Shown here: positions 1 to 8,952 of the stretch, in pieces
How positions within the stretch are numbered: position 1 is the first letter of the stretch
Layout of the letters: each line of letters begins with the position of its first letter
Assembly (NCBI GenBank): GCA_039818205.1
Contig: JBCBUK010000004.1
Coordinates: 40,302-104,301, forward strand
Direction of reading: 5' to 3'
Length of the DNA: 64,000 bases
DNA from: Verrucomicrobiota bacterium
GTDB lineage: Bacteria > Verrucomicrobiota > Verrucomicrobiia > Opitutales > Cerasicoccaceae
Translations under genes and position numbers: made by a program
The notes under the pieces: model-generated
What the model was told of the DNA's origin: nothing
Seen by the model: the letters and a program-made list of their open reading frames with translations, nothing else
Database searches by the model: none

Positions 1-167
1 TGGTGATCACCGTTGTGGTCGACGAGCCCAAACTTAAGGGCAATGGCTACGGTGGTGTCGTCGCCGCACCGGCCTTCCGCAACATAGCGCAGCACTGTAT
101 TCAATACCTTGGCATACCGCCGGAGCCTAGCAGCCCCTTGGTAGCCTTGTCGGAGGACATTCGATGA
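1..167 (+). CDS. ftsI: Penicillin-binding protein 3 / FtsI transpeptidase, C-terminal fragment (5' truncated by window)
   Basis: Frame 3 reads VITVVVDEPKLKGNGYGGVVAAPAFRNIAQHCIQYLGIPP...IR*, a class B PBP C-terminal pattern (DEP...YGGxVAAPxF). Its stop overlaps the murE ATG (ATGA 164-167), the canonical position before murE. Confidence 0.85.
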   Translation, partial: VITVVVDEPKLKGNGYGGVVAAPAFRNIAQHCIQYLGIPPEPSSPLVALSEDIR

Positions 168-1738
168 TTGGATTTGCATGTTTAGAAAATACCCTGAGTT
201 GGGGCATGGCCATGCGGGCTGCGCGTTCTGATGGCGGTGGCGGTTCTTTTTCGGAACGCCGCACGCTGCGGTCCTTGGTTCACGGTGTTGAGAACAGCTC
301 GTTCACCGGTGATGGTGATGTCGCAATAACCTGCTTGATTACGGATAGTCGGAGGGTTGTTCCTGGCGCTTTGTTCTTTGCGATTGAGGGAGCGAATACT
401 AGCGGCTCGTACTACGCGGAAGAAGCTATCGACCGTGGTGCGGTAGGTATTGTGAGTGAACGTGCTCCTGGTCCGCGGATGAGTGTTCCTTACCTGCAGG
501 TGGATGACGCGCGAATCGCCCTGGCGGAAATATCTGGGCGCTTCTTTGATCATCCCGATCGCACGCTAGAGCTTGCGGCTATCACCGGGACGAACGGAAA
601 GACGACGGTGTCAATGTTGACCCAGCATTTGCTCGCTGAGCGACCCAATTCGGTTGGGTTGATTGGAACCGTTCGCTATGACCTGGGCCGTCGGACACTG
701 CCCAGCTATAAGACCACGCCTGAGTCAGTTGATATCCATTCGATGTTGGACCAAATGCGGGCAGAGAATTGCGAATCGGCGGTCTTGGAAATTAGCTCTC
801 ACGCGATTGATCAACACCGTATTCGCGGGATACGCTTTTCAGTAGCGGCGTTTCTGAACCTGACTCAAGACCATATCGATTACCATCGATCCATGGACGA
901 GTATTATGCGGTCAAGCGTCGGCTGTTTACCGGAGAGACTGGCAACACGCCGGAAGCTGTTGTGATCAACATCGATGACCCTTATGGGCGTCGCCTGGCA
1001 GACGAAGTTTCCGGGAGCACGCGTGTGATCACATTTGGGGAAGATCCTGATGCCGAGTTTCGGGCTTGTGAGGTACACTTATCGCCAACAGGCAGTAGCT
1101 TCAAATTGGTGTGGCCCGAGGGTAGTGTTGAGCTAACGACCGAACTCGCTGGTAAATATAACATCAGTAACCTGATTGGCTCCTTGGCGATCGGATACGC
1201 TTTGGGCAAGGATATGCAATCGATGATCGCGCGGATTCCGAGTTTCCCTGGAGTTCCCGGGCGAATGGAACGGATTGAAGAAGGGCAGACTTATCCTGTT
1301 CTGGTTGACTATGCACATACCGATGATGCCCTGCGTAACGCATTGACAATGCTGCGTGAGATTACTCCCGGTCGCGTGCTGGTTGTCTTTGGTTGTGGCG
1401 GGAATCGCGATCGCGAGAAGCGTCCACTCATGACTCAGGTCGTTCAGGAAAAAGCAGACTTTGCTTGGGCAACCGCTGACAACCCCCGCAAAGAGGCGCT
1501 GGAGTCCATATTTAAAGATATGCGAACTGGGGTGAAAAAGCACGATGCTATAGAGTTTATCGATGATCGGCGCCGCGCAATCAGTCTTGCGCTAGATGAA
1601 GCACGTGAGGGAGACTGTGTGCTCATCGCTGGCAAGGGTCATGAAACCTACCAAGAATTCGCGGATACCGTTGCGCCATTTGACGACCGTCAAGTGGCTC
1701 GCGAATTGCTGAACCTAAAGAAGCTTCGACCGATCTAA
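164..1738 (+). CDS. murE: UDP-N-acetylmuramoyl-L-alanyl-D-glutamate--2,6-diaminopimelate ligase
   Basis: ITGTNGKTT P-loop, TTPES, EISSHA, NLTQDHIDYH, VDYAHT, FGCGGNRD, DNPR (meso-DAP motif), AGKGHE; GGAGG upstream of the ATG. Confidence 0.97.
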   Translation: MIGFACLENTLSWGMAMRAARSDGGGGSFSERRTLRSLVHGVENSSFTGDGDVAITCLITDSRRVVPGALFFAIEGANTSGSYYAEEAIDRGAVGIVSERAPGPRMSVPYLQVDDARIALAEISGRFFDHPDRTLELAAITGTNGKTTVSMLTQHLLAERPNSVGLIGTVRYDLGRRTLPSYKTTPESVDIHSMLDQMRAENCESAVLEISSHAIDQHRIRGIRFSVAAFLNLTQDHIDYHRSMDEYYAVKRRLFTGETGNTPEAVVINIDDPYGRRLADEVSGSTRVITFGEDPDAEFRACEVHLSPTGSSFKLVWPEGSVELTTELAGKYNISNLIGSLAIGYALGKDMQSMIARIPSFPGVPGRMERIEEGQTYPVLVDYAHTDDALRNALTMLREITPGRVLVVFGCGGNRDREKRPLMTQVVQEKADFAWATADNPRKEALESIFKDMRTGVKKHDAIEFIDDRRRAISLALDEAREGDCVLIAGKGHETYQEFADTVAPFDDRQVARELLNLKKLRPI

Positions 1739-3147
1739 TGCCCGAATTTCCCTCCCAGACAATCGCCGAATGGACCGCAGGAGAGTGGTCCTCTACGCCG
1801 GCGTCTGGGTCAATTCGCGGATTCTGTCATGACACCCGGCAACTCCAGCCGGGCGATTGCTTTGTTGCCTTGAAGACCGCTCAGCGCGATGGGCATGACT
1901 TCCTCGGCCAGGCCAAGCGAGCAGGGGCTGCCGCGGCGATCGTTTCCGAGGTGCGTTCTGATGTTTCACTCCCTCAATTGAGAACGGTCGATCCTTTATT
2001 GGCATTTCAGACGATTGCGTTGCAACACCGCCACACCTTTCCGGGAAAGGTTGTCGGAATTACCGGAAGTTGTGGCAAGACCTCGACGAAAGACCTGACG
2101 GCTCACCTGTTGGGGGAGCGGTGTTTGAAAACACAGAAGAACCTTAACAATACGCTGGGCGTTCCTTTGACCATAACGCAGTTGGACCCCGTTGCGCATG
2201 ACTTCGGCGTTATCGAGGCCGGGATAAATCAGCCCGGAGAAATGTCGGCCCTTGGCGGTATGATCGCGCCCGACATCGCTGTGGTCACAATGATTGGGGA
2301 TGCGCATCTTGAGAAGTTGGGGTCGATTGAGAACATTGCGCGCGAGAAGGCGGAGCTTGTTCGTTTAGCCGCTCCTGGATCGACCTTGGTATGCGGTGCC
2401 AATTGCCTGCAGTTCGATGCCTTTCGCCATTTCGCAGGCGAGATTTTTGCCGTTTGCCTCGCCTGTGAGAAGACACCGGCTTTAGATTACACGGAGTATC
2501 GCAGCTGCTGCCGTTACTATCGCGACGACGACGGCTCGACCCGCGTCCAGGTCTACTCGCCCGTGGTTGCTGGTCAGTTTGTTATTCGGGCAAGTGTGAC
2601 TGCGGGTATGGTGACCAATGCCGTGATCGCAGCGATAACGGCAGTGCTTTGCGGTGCAAAGTGGTCAACTATCCAAGAACGGATGAATGACTGGAAACCC
2701 GCGGCCGATCGTGGAGCCACCTACCGCCACGAGGATAACTATTACTACGTTGATTGCTATAATGCTAATCCTGCTTCCATGATTGACGCATTGAAAACTT
2801 TTCAAACCATTGCGCCGCCTGAGCTGCCAAAAACGTTTGTGCTGGGCGGAATGAAAGAGCTCGGGGATGCAAGTGATTCGCTTCATGAAAAAGTGGGTGC
2901 ACACCTGATTCTCGATCGTGACGACCGTGCAGTTTTAGTTGGTGAAGAAGCCAAAGCCTACGAGGAAGGGCTGCGAAAGGGAGGTGCGATTGCCGAGCAA
3001 ATCACTTGGGTAGAAGATGCCTCTGAAGCGTTGGCCACGGTTCAAGACCGCTCCGGTGCTGTATTTGTAAAAGGGAGCCGAGCCTACGCGCTTGAGCAGG
3101 TATTGCCTCACGGATTGCTGGGTGCCAAGGAGGTTGCGACGTGCTAA
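1738..3147 (+). CDS. murF: UDP-N-acetylmuramoyl-tripeptide--D-alanyl-D-alanine ligase
   Basis: GITGSCGKTSTK, NLNNTLGVPLT, EAGINQPGEM, DCYNANPASM, GGMKELG, VKGSR; TAATG overlap with murE. Confidence 0.95.
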   Translation: MPEFPSQTIAEWTAGEWSSTPASGSIRGFCHDTRQLQPGDCFVALKTAQRDGHDFLGQAKRAGAAAAIVSEVRSDVSLPQLRTVDPLLAFQTIALQHRHTFPGKVVGITGSCGKTSTKDLTAHLLGERCLKTQKNLNNTLGVPLTITQLDPVAHDFGVIEAGINQPGEMSALGGMIAPDIAVVTMIGDAHLEKLGSIENIAREKAELVRLAAPGSTLVCGANCLQFDAFRHFAGEIFAVCLACEKTPALDYTEYRSCCRYYRDDDGSTRVQVYSPVVAGQFVIRASVTAGMVTNAVIAAITAVLCGAKWSTIQERMNDWKPAADRGATYRHEDNYYYVDCYNANPASMIDALKTFQTIAPPELPKTFVLGGMKELGDASDSLHEKVGAHLILDRDDRAVLVGEEAKAYEEGLRKGGAIAEQITWVEDASEALATVQDRSGAVFVKGSRAYALEQVLPHGLLGAKEVATC

Positions 3148-4241
3148 GTTACCTGGCTGAATACGAGGACGTCTTTGGTCCGTTGCGCTTGTTCCGCTTC
3201 CTGACCTTCCGCATGATGATGGCTGCCGGGATGGGGCTGTTTTTCGGTTTCTTGATTGCGCCGCCGATCTTTGCGCGTTTACGTCGCCTCAAGGCTGAAC
3301 AGTTTATCCGGGACCACAAGGAAGTCGGTAAACTTGCGGATCTGCATGCGAGTAAGAAAGCCACCCCAACGATGGGCGGCTTAATGATTTTTGCAACGGT
3401 GACGACGAGCTCAATACTGTGGGCTGCCCCCAATACTTATGTGTTGGTCGCCCTGGTGGTCTATGCTGGTCTGACGGCGATCGGTTTCTTTGATGACTAC
3501 TTGAAGATCACGAAGAAAAGTAGTGCTGGTTTATCGAGTCGATGGAAGCTTGCGGGGCAAGCTCTGCTAACGGTGTTTGCCATTGGTTTGTTGTTTGGCA
3601 ATCCTGCAACACGGGGGGAGATGAGTGAGCTATGGTTGCCGTTTTACAAGTATGCGGTGATTGAGTCGATGCCTTGGTGGTTTGCGTTCATCTTCTTCTT
3701 CTTTGTGATGGCCGGTGCAAGTAACGCTATCAACCTCACCGATGGAGTGGATGGTCTCGCGATTGGCTGCACGGTCTCGGCATCGCTGGTCTATGGGATC
3801 ATGGCCTATGCCGCGGGTAATATTATCATTTCCGACTATCTGCTGATCAGCTACATCCCCGGCACCGGTGAGCTTGCCGTAATCTGCTCTGCTTTGGTTG
3901 GTGGTAGCTTGGCTTTTTTGTGGTACAACAGTCACCCGGCCAGTGTCTTCATGGGAGATACCGGTTCGTTGGCGCTTGGTGGGTTGATAGGCTCGATCGC
4001 ATTCATGGTTCATCAACCAGTAACACTCGTGATCGTCGGTGGCATATTCGTGATGGAGGCCGTATCGGTGATTTTGCAGGTCGGGTCGTTTAAACTCACG
4101 GGAAAACGGATCTTCCGGATGGCGCCGATTCACCACCACTTCGAGTTGGGTGGTTGGCATGAATCAAAAGTCGTTATTCGGTTTTGGATCCTGTCGTTGA
4201 TCTTCGCATTTATCGGACTGGCTTCTTTGAAAATTCGTTAA
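3141..4241 (+). CDS. mraY: Phospho-N-acetylmuramoyl-pentapeptide transferase
   Basis: TPTMGG, GFFDDY, NAINLTDGVDGL, FMGDTGSLALG, MAPIHHHFEL; multi-TM; GTG start overlapping the murF end. Confidence 0.97.
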   Translation: MLSYLAEYEDVFGPLRLFRFLTFRMMMAAGMGLFFGFLIAPPIFARLRRLKAEQFIRDHKEVGKLADLHASKKATPTMGGLMIFATVTTSSILWAAPNTYVLVALVVYAGLTAIGFFDDYLKITKKSSAGLSSRWKLAGQALLTVFAIGLLFGNPATRGEMSELWLPFYKYAVIESMPWWFAFIFFFFVMAGASNAINLTDGVDGLAIGCTVSASLVYGIMAYAAGNIIISDYLLISYIPGTGELAVICSALVGGSLAFLWYNSHPASVFMGDTGSLALGGLIGSIAFMVHQPVTLVIVGGIFVMEAVSVILQVGSFKLTGKRIFRMAPIHHHFELGGWHESKVVIRFWILSLIFAFIGLASLKIR

Positions 4242-4245
4242 TCCC

Positions 4246-5550
4246 ATGTCGATTCTTCCCAACATACCCGACCTACGCTCCGGACCGATTGCGGTTTTCG
4301 GAAACGGCGTGAGTGGGCAGGGGGCTGCAGCGCTTTTGCGAAGCCGTGGTGCATGGGTGAATATGTTCGATCAGCATGGGGGACCTGGCGTTAAAACCAA
4401 GTTCGCCGAATCGGATGCCAAGACCCACCGCCTGGTCGTTTTCAGCCCAGGCTTCCCGCCGGATCATCCGTGGTTGGTGTGTGCGCGCGACGCTGGCGCC
4501 AAGCTTTACGGAGAACTGGATTTCGCCTCAATCTACTGGCCGGGTGCCACGATTGCAGTAACCGGTACGAATGGCAAATCGACCTTAACGCAATTCTTGG
4601 TTCATGCCTTGAAGTCGATTGGAGCCGATGCTTTGGCCGCCGGAAATGTCGGTTACCCCTTGTCGCGGTATTTCGAAACTGGCGCGGGGGATCGCTCAAC
4701 GGTCGTGTGTGAGATCAGTTCGTTTCAAGCGGAGGCCCTGCAGGCGTTTAGCCCCTTGGTGCTTTTCTGGACAAACATTTCTGAGGACCATTTGGACCGC
4801 CATGGTTCGATGGAAAACTATTTCCGTGCAAAGTGGCGTCTCGTGGAACGGCTTCGACGACCCCGCTTGATCATTGGACCAAGCGTAGCGGAAATGGCGG
4901 AGAAGCTCGGATTCAAACTGCCTTCGTTTGCGAAGGTCGTCTCTATGGATGATGTCGAGTTGCCAGATAGTGGGCCCTTTTCGTGTGCGCCTCAGGCGCA
5001 CAATTATGCCTTGGCTCGCATCTACTGGGAGGAAGAATCCTATGATCCGAAGGTTCTTGAGGCTGCGGCACGCAGTTTTCAACTGGCGCCCCATCGCTTG
5101 GAACGCGTTGCCGAGAAAGACGGCGTGGAGTTTTGGAATGATTCGGTTGCGACAAATGCGGCTGCTGCTGAAGCGGCGATTTCGACAATCAGACGTCCGA
5201 TCCACTGGATCGGCGGTGGGCGCAACAAAGGGTGCGAGATCGATGTATTCGCCAAGCGTATCGCGAACCGCCTGGACGCAGCCTATCTGATCGGGGAGTC
5301 AGGCCAAGAAATGGCAAGAGTTCTCGGAGAAAGCGGAGTCGACGCTCGCTACTCAGAAACCCTGGAGCAGGCCGTTATGGAAGCCTGGGAAAAGTGTCCA
5401 GTGAACGGAAGTATACTTTTAAGCCCTGGCTTTGCCAGTCACGATCAATTTTCAAATTATGTTAAACGCGGAGAATGCTTCAAGCAGACGGTTTTGAGTT
5501 TGAAGGCTCGCTCAGCCCGACCTACCGTCAACCAATGCGTCAAACCATAA
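4246..5550 (+). CDS. murD: UDP-N-acetylmuramoyl-L-alanine--D-glutamate ligase
   Basis: SPG, VTGTNGKST, GNVG, EISSFQ, DHLDRH, PHRLE, NDS(V)ATN, LLSPGFASHDQF..RG. Confidence 0.93.
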   Translation: MSILPNIPDLRSGPIAVFGNGVSGQGAAALLRSRGAWVNMFDQHGGPGVKTKFAESDAKTHRLVVFSPGFPPDHPWLVCARDAGAKLYGELDFASIYWPGATIAVTGTNGKSTLTQFLVHALKSIGADALAAGNVGYPLSRYFETGAGDRSTVVCEISSFQAEALQAFSPLVLFWTNISEDHLDRHGSMENYFRAKWRLVERLRRPRLIIGPSVAEMAEKLGFKLPSFAKVVSMDDVELPDSGPFSCAPQAHNYALARIYWEEESYDPKVLEAAARSFQLAPHRLERVAEKDGVEFWNDSVATNAAAAEAAISTIRRPIHWIGGGRNKGCEIDVFAKRIANRLDAAYLIGESGQEMARVLGESGVDARYSETLEQAVMEAWEKCPVNGSILLSPGFASHDQFSNYVKRGECFKQTVLSLKARSARPTVNQCVKP

Positions 5551-5561
5551 AACCAATTCTC

Positions 5562-6719
5562 ATGAAACTCGCCCACATATTTTCCATCGTTGTTGGCTTG
5601 CACTTGGCAATCATCGTGATCCTTTTCGTGACGCCTGGTTGCGCGAGTGATTCCAGCCAACCCGCGCCGACCGCGGTTACTCAGGCTGGCGATCCGGCCC
5701 GTGCGCAGGAGCAATCTCAACCGGCGGCCGCGCCCGTTGCCGCCGTAGTTCCAGCGCCCAGCGAAAAGCGCTATCCGCCGACACGACCTTCTTGGAACCT
5801 TAATGAGACGACCGTCGCCGAGGTGATTGTTCCTGCGGACGAAACTCCCGTTGAGGTGCTCGAAGTTGCGGCGGTTGAAAACGTTGAGATCATTCAGCCA
5901 TCTTCGTCGGGATTGAGTGAGTTCAACTCTGCTTCGTTGCCTCCGCCACAACCGTCTTCTTCTGGTGGCAAGACCTACATTGTTAAGAAAGGTGATGCCC
6001 TTTCGACAATCGCCCGTCGCCATGGAGTAACCTTGGGCGAAGTGATGGCGGCCAATGGTTTTTCCAAAGCAGAGGCAAATCGAATTCGGATTGGCCAGGC
6101 GATTATTATCCCCGATGTCGGAGATGAGCCGCAGGCTCCTGCCACTGTTCCTAGTCCACAATTCACTTCAACGCCGATTGATACTGAAGGCACTGAATAC
6201 ACGGTTCAGCGCGGTGATAGCCTTTCATCAATTGCGGTGAAAAACCGTTCGACCGTCCGGGCGATCATGAGCGCCAATGGCTTGAGCAATGACCGCATTA
6301 TTGTTGGGCAGAAATTATTGATCCCAACTGTGGAGCCCGAGCCGGCTCCAGTCGTCGGTGTGCCCAATGCGAGTGGCGATGTTACTTACATTGTTCAGCC
6401 AGGTGATACGCTCGGCGGAATCGCTCGTCGCTATGGAGTTTCGGTCAAGTCGATCATGTTGACCAATGGAATTGATGATCCGCGCAAGCTGCGGGTGAAA
6501 CAAAAGTTGATTATTCCGACTGATTTGAAGCCCGTGACACCCATTGAGTCCGCTCAGCCCGCACCGGTAGCGGTGATCGGTCCGCCAGCTCCGACTCCGC
6601 CGCCAGCTCCAGCTCCTTTGCAGCCAGCAGTGGTTGAGGAAGTTACGGTTGAAGAGATCGACTTGGATGATATCGATATCGACGAGATCGAATCGGTCCA
6701 AGTTGAAGAAGCAAATTAA
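5562..6719 (+). CDS. Putative lipoprotein with three LysM peptidoglycan-binding domains
   Basis: ATG 5562 gives MKLAH-hydrophobic stretch-TPGC (lipobox-like). Three LysM repeats (YIVKKGDALSTIA, YTVQRGDSLSSIA, YIVQPGDTLGGIA), Pro/Ala linkers and an acidic tail. TAATG overlap with ftsW. Confidence 0.88.
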   Translation: MKLAHIFSIVVGLHLAIIVILFVTPGCASDSSQPAPTAVTQAGDPARAQEQSQPAAAPVAAVVPAPSEKRYPPTRPSWNLNETTVAEVIVPADETPVEVLEVAAVENVEIIQPSSSGLSEFNSASLPPPQPSSSGGKTYIVKKGDALSTIARRHGVTLGEVMAANGFSKAEANRIRIGQAIIIPDVGDEPQAPATVPSPQFTSTPIDTEGTEYTVQRGDSLSSIAVKNRSTVRAIMSANGLSNDRIIVGQKLLIPTVEPEPAPVVGVPNASGDVTYIVQPGDTLGGIARRYGVSVKSIMLTNGIDDPRKLRVKQKLIIPTDLKPVTPIESAQPAPVAVIGPPAPTPPPAPAPLQPAVVEEVTVEEIDLDDIDIDEIESVQVEEAN

Positions 6720-7861
6720 TGATCACAACATGCCAGAACACATTCCGCTACCTGCGTCGACCAAGCGCAGGCTGGGCATTGCTTGCCTGTGTTGCGGCTT
6801 TGACTGTTCTTGGCATGATCATGTTAACCAGCGCTGGCTCATCGTTTAACAGCGATTCGTTTTACCTGTTTCGAAAGCAGTTCATTTGGCTCGCCTTGGC
6901 GTTGATTGCCGGCGTTGTTGCGGCCACATTCGATCTCGACCGCCTTGGTCGAATGAGCCACTTGATTGCTCTAGGCGTTCTCGTATTGCTTGGGCTGGTG
7001 GCGACGCCGGGTGTTGGTGTCGAGGTCAATGGTGCGCGACGCTGGCTTGATCTAGGAATGATGCGCTTGCAGGTTTCTGATCTGGCCAAGGTTGCCTTGA
7101 TCATTTGGTTGGCGCACTACTATGGGCAGCGGCAACGCAAGGTCGCGGAATGCTGGGCGGGATTCGGAGCCCCTTGCGCGGTCATTGGTTTGTGCTGCGG
7201 GTTGATCTTTTTACAACCGGATTTTGGGACCGCAGCTCTTTGTGGCGCGGTGGGCTTTAGCATGATGTATCTCGCTGGCGCCCGGCTTTGGTATTTGGTG
7301 CCATCGATGATTACTGGAGTTACGGCGTTCTCTGTGGCCGTTTACTATGATCCAGTCCGCTTGCGCCGGATTACTTCATTCCTCGATGTTGAGGGAAATA
7401 AAAGCGATAGCTCGTATCAGCTTTGGCAAGGGATCTTGGCATTTGGTGCCGGTGGGGTTCCTGGTGTTGGGTTGGGGCAGGGGCGTCAGCAGCTTTCGTT
7501 TTTGCCCGAGGCCCATACGGATTTTATTTTTCCTGTCATTGGCGAGGAACTCGGCCTCGTGGCGACGGCGGGCGTGGTATTACTCTTTGCGGTGATTTTT
7601 ATAGCCGTGGTTGCTTCGTTAAAGAAGGCTCCAAACCTGTATCAGTTCCTTTTGGCCGTCGGCGCGCTGCTCTTTTTGACGCTGCAAGCGATCATCAACA
7701 TGGGTGTGGTGACCGGTCTGCTACCGACGAAGGGGATGTCTTTGCCGTTTATTAGTTATGGAGGCACGAATCTGGTTACGATGTTCGTGCTTGTTGGCTT
7801 GTTGTTAAATTGTTTGGTGAGCTGGTCAGCCTCACCGCTATTACGACCGCGGGAGCTATGA
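6719..7861 (+). CDS. ftsW: SEDS peptidoglycan glycosyltransferase FtsW
   Basis: NGARRW, QPDFGT, LPEAHTDFIF...EELG, LPTKG..LPFISYGG; about 10 TM; lies directly before murG. Confidence 0.95.
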   Translation: MITTCQNTFRYLRRPSAGWALLACVAALTVLGMIMLTSAGSSFNSDSFYLFRKQFIWLALALIAGVVAATFDLDRLGRMSHLIALGVLVLLGLVATPGVGVEVNGARRWLDLGMMRLQVSDLAKVALIIWLAHYYGQRQRKVAECWAGFGAPCAVIGLCCGLIFLQPDFGTAALCGAVGFSMMYLAGARLWYLVPSMITGVTAFSVAVYYDPVRLRRITSFLDVEGNKSDSSYQLWQGILAFGAGGVPGVGLGQGRQQLSFLPEAHTDFIFPVIGEELGLVATAGVVLLFAVIFIAVVASLKKAPNLYQFLLAVGALLFLTLQAIINMGVVTGLLPTKGMSLPFISYGGTNLVTMFVLVGLLLNCLVSWSASPLLRPREL

Positions 7862-8952
7862 GCAATATCGTGATATCCTGCGGAGGTACGGGCGGTCACT
7901 TGGCTCCCGGGATCGCCGTCGCCGAAGCTCTGCAGGAAGAAGGACACCAATGCCGCTTGATTATTAGCAACAAGGACGTTGATTCGCGTCTGGTTAAAAA
8001 CTATCCGCAGTTGCAGTATGAGCGATCGCCCGGCGCTGGTTTTTCCTGGCATCCGATCAAGTTTTTGAAGTTCAATATACAGCAGACCAAGGGCCTCTTT
8101 TTCACGGTTCGGCTTATGCGTGAGTTCAAGGCTGACGCCGTTATTGGCTTTGGCGGCTTCCTGACGATGGGGGCCGTTTTGGCGGCGACCCTCACGGGCG
8201 TCCCAGTGTTCTTACACGAAGCAAATCGCAAAGTCGGACGAGCGATTCGGTTTCTCTCGGGTCTTGCAAAGCGAATCTATTTGCCTCCTGGCGCGACTAT
8301 TAACGGCTTGCGGCAACGCTTGATTCAACCCTGTGGCTATCCGATTCGTCAGGAGATTCGTCGGGTTCCGCAAGATGAGGCTCGCTCCCGTCTCGGGATC
8401 GATGTCCCTGGTAAGTTGTTGTTGGTGCTGGGCGGAAGCCAGGGAGCGACGTCGCTGAATCATTGGGTTCGGGATAATTTTGAAGAACTTGCGAAGGATA
8501 ATATCAGTGTTTACTGCGTCACTGGGCTGAACAAAAACGTGGGTGGTTCGATTGAATACCCGACTAAGGATGGTCAAGTAGCCAAGGCGATTTTTACGCC
8601 GTTTGCTGACAACATGGCCGACGTGCTCAGTGCCGTGGATCTGGTTGTTGCCCGTGCCGGTGCCGGGAGTATTGCTGAGTTTGCCCGCTGCCGCTTGCCG
8701 TCAATTTTGGTGCCCTATCCCTTTTCTGCGGATGACCACCAGTTGGCCAATGCCCAATTCCTTGAGCAGCAGGGCGGTGCCGTTGTTCTAACAGAAGACC
8801 GTCTTGATCACCTGTTTTGTGAAGTCCGAGATCTCATATTTAACGACTGGTTGATTCAGAAGTTTCGAGAGAATTTGGAGCGGATGGATCGCGATGATCC
8901 CGCTAAGCTTATTGTAAAAGACATGGACGCAATCATTGCTGAGTCCAAATGA
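7858..8952 (+). CDS. murG: Undecaprenyl-PP-MurNAc-pentapeptide N-acetylglucosaminyltransferase
   Basis: GGTGGH, HEAN, GGSQGA, RAGAGSIAE, DHQLAN; ATG at 7858 overlaps the ftsW stop (ATGA). Confidence 0.95.
   Translation: MSNIVISCGGTGGHLAPGIAVAEALQEEGHQCRLIISNKDVDSRLVKNYPQLQYERSPGAGFSWHPIKFLKFNIQQTKGLFFTVRLMREFKADAVIGFGGFLTMGAVLAATLTGVPVFLHEANRKVGRAIRFLSGLAKRIYLPPGATINGLRQRLIQPCGYPIRQEIRRVPQDEARSRLGIDVPGKLLLVLGGSQGATSLNHWVRDNFEELAKDNISVYCVTGLNKNVGGSIEYPTKDGQVAKAIFTPFADNMADVLSAVDLVVARAGAGSIAEFARCRLPSILVPYPFSADDHQLANAQFLEQQGGAVVLTEDRLDHLFCEVRDLIFNDWLIQKFRENLERMDRDDPAKLIVKDMDAIIAESK

Noticed and set aside
5440..5467. TTATGTTAAA, an exact XerD-arm match of dif
   Set aside because: It lies inside murD coding sequence and has no XerC arm at 6-bp spacing.
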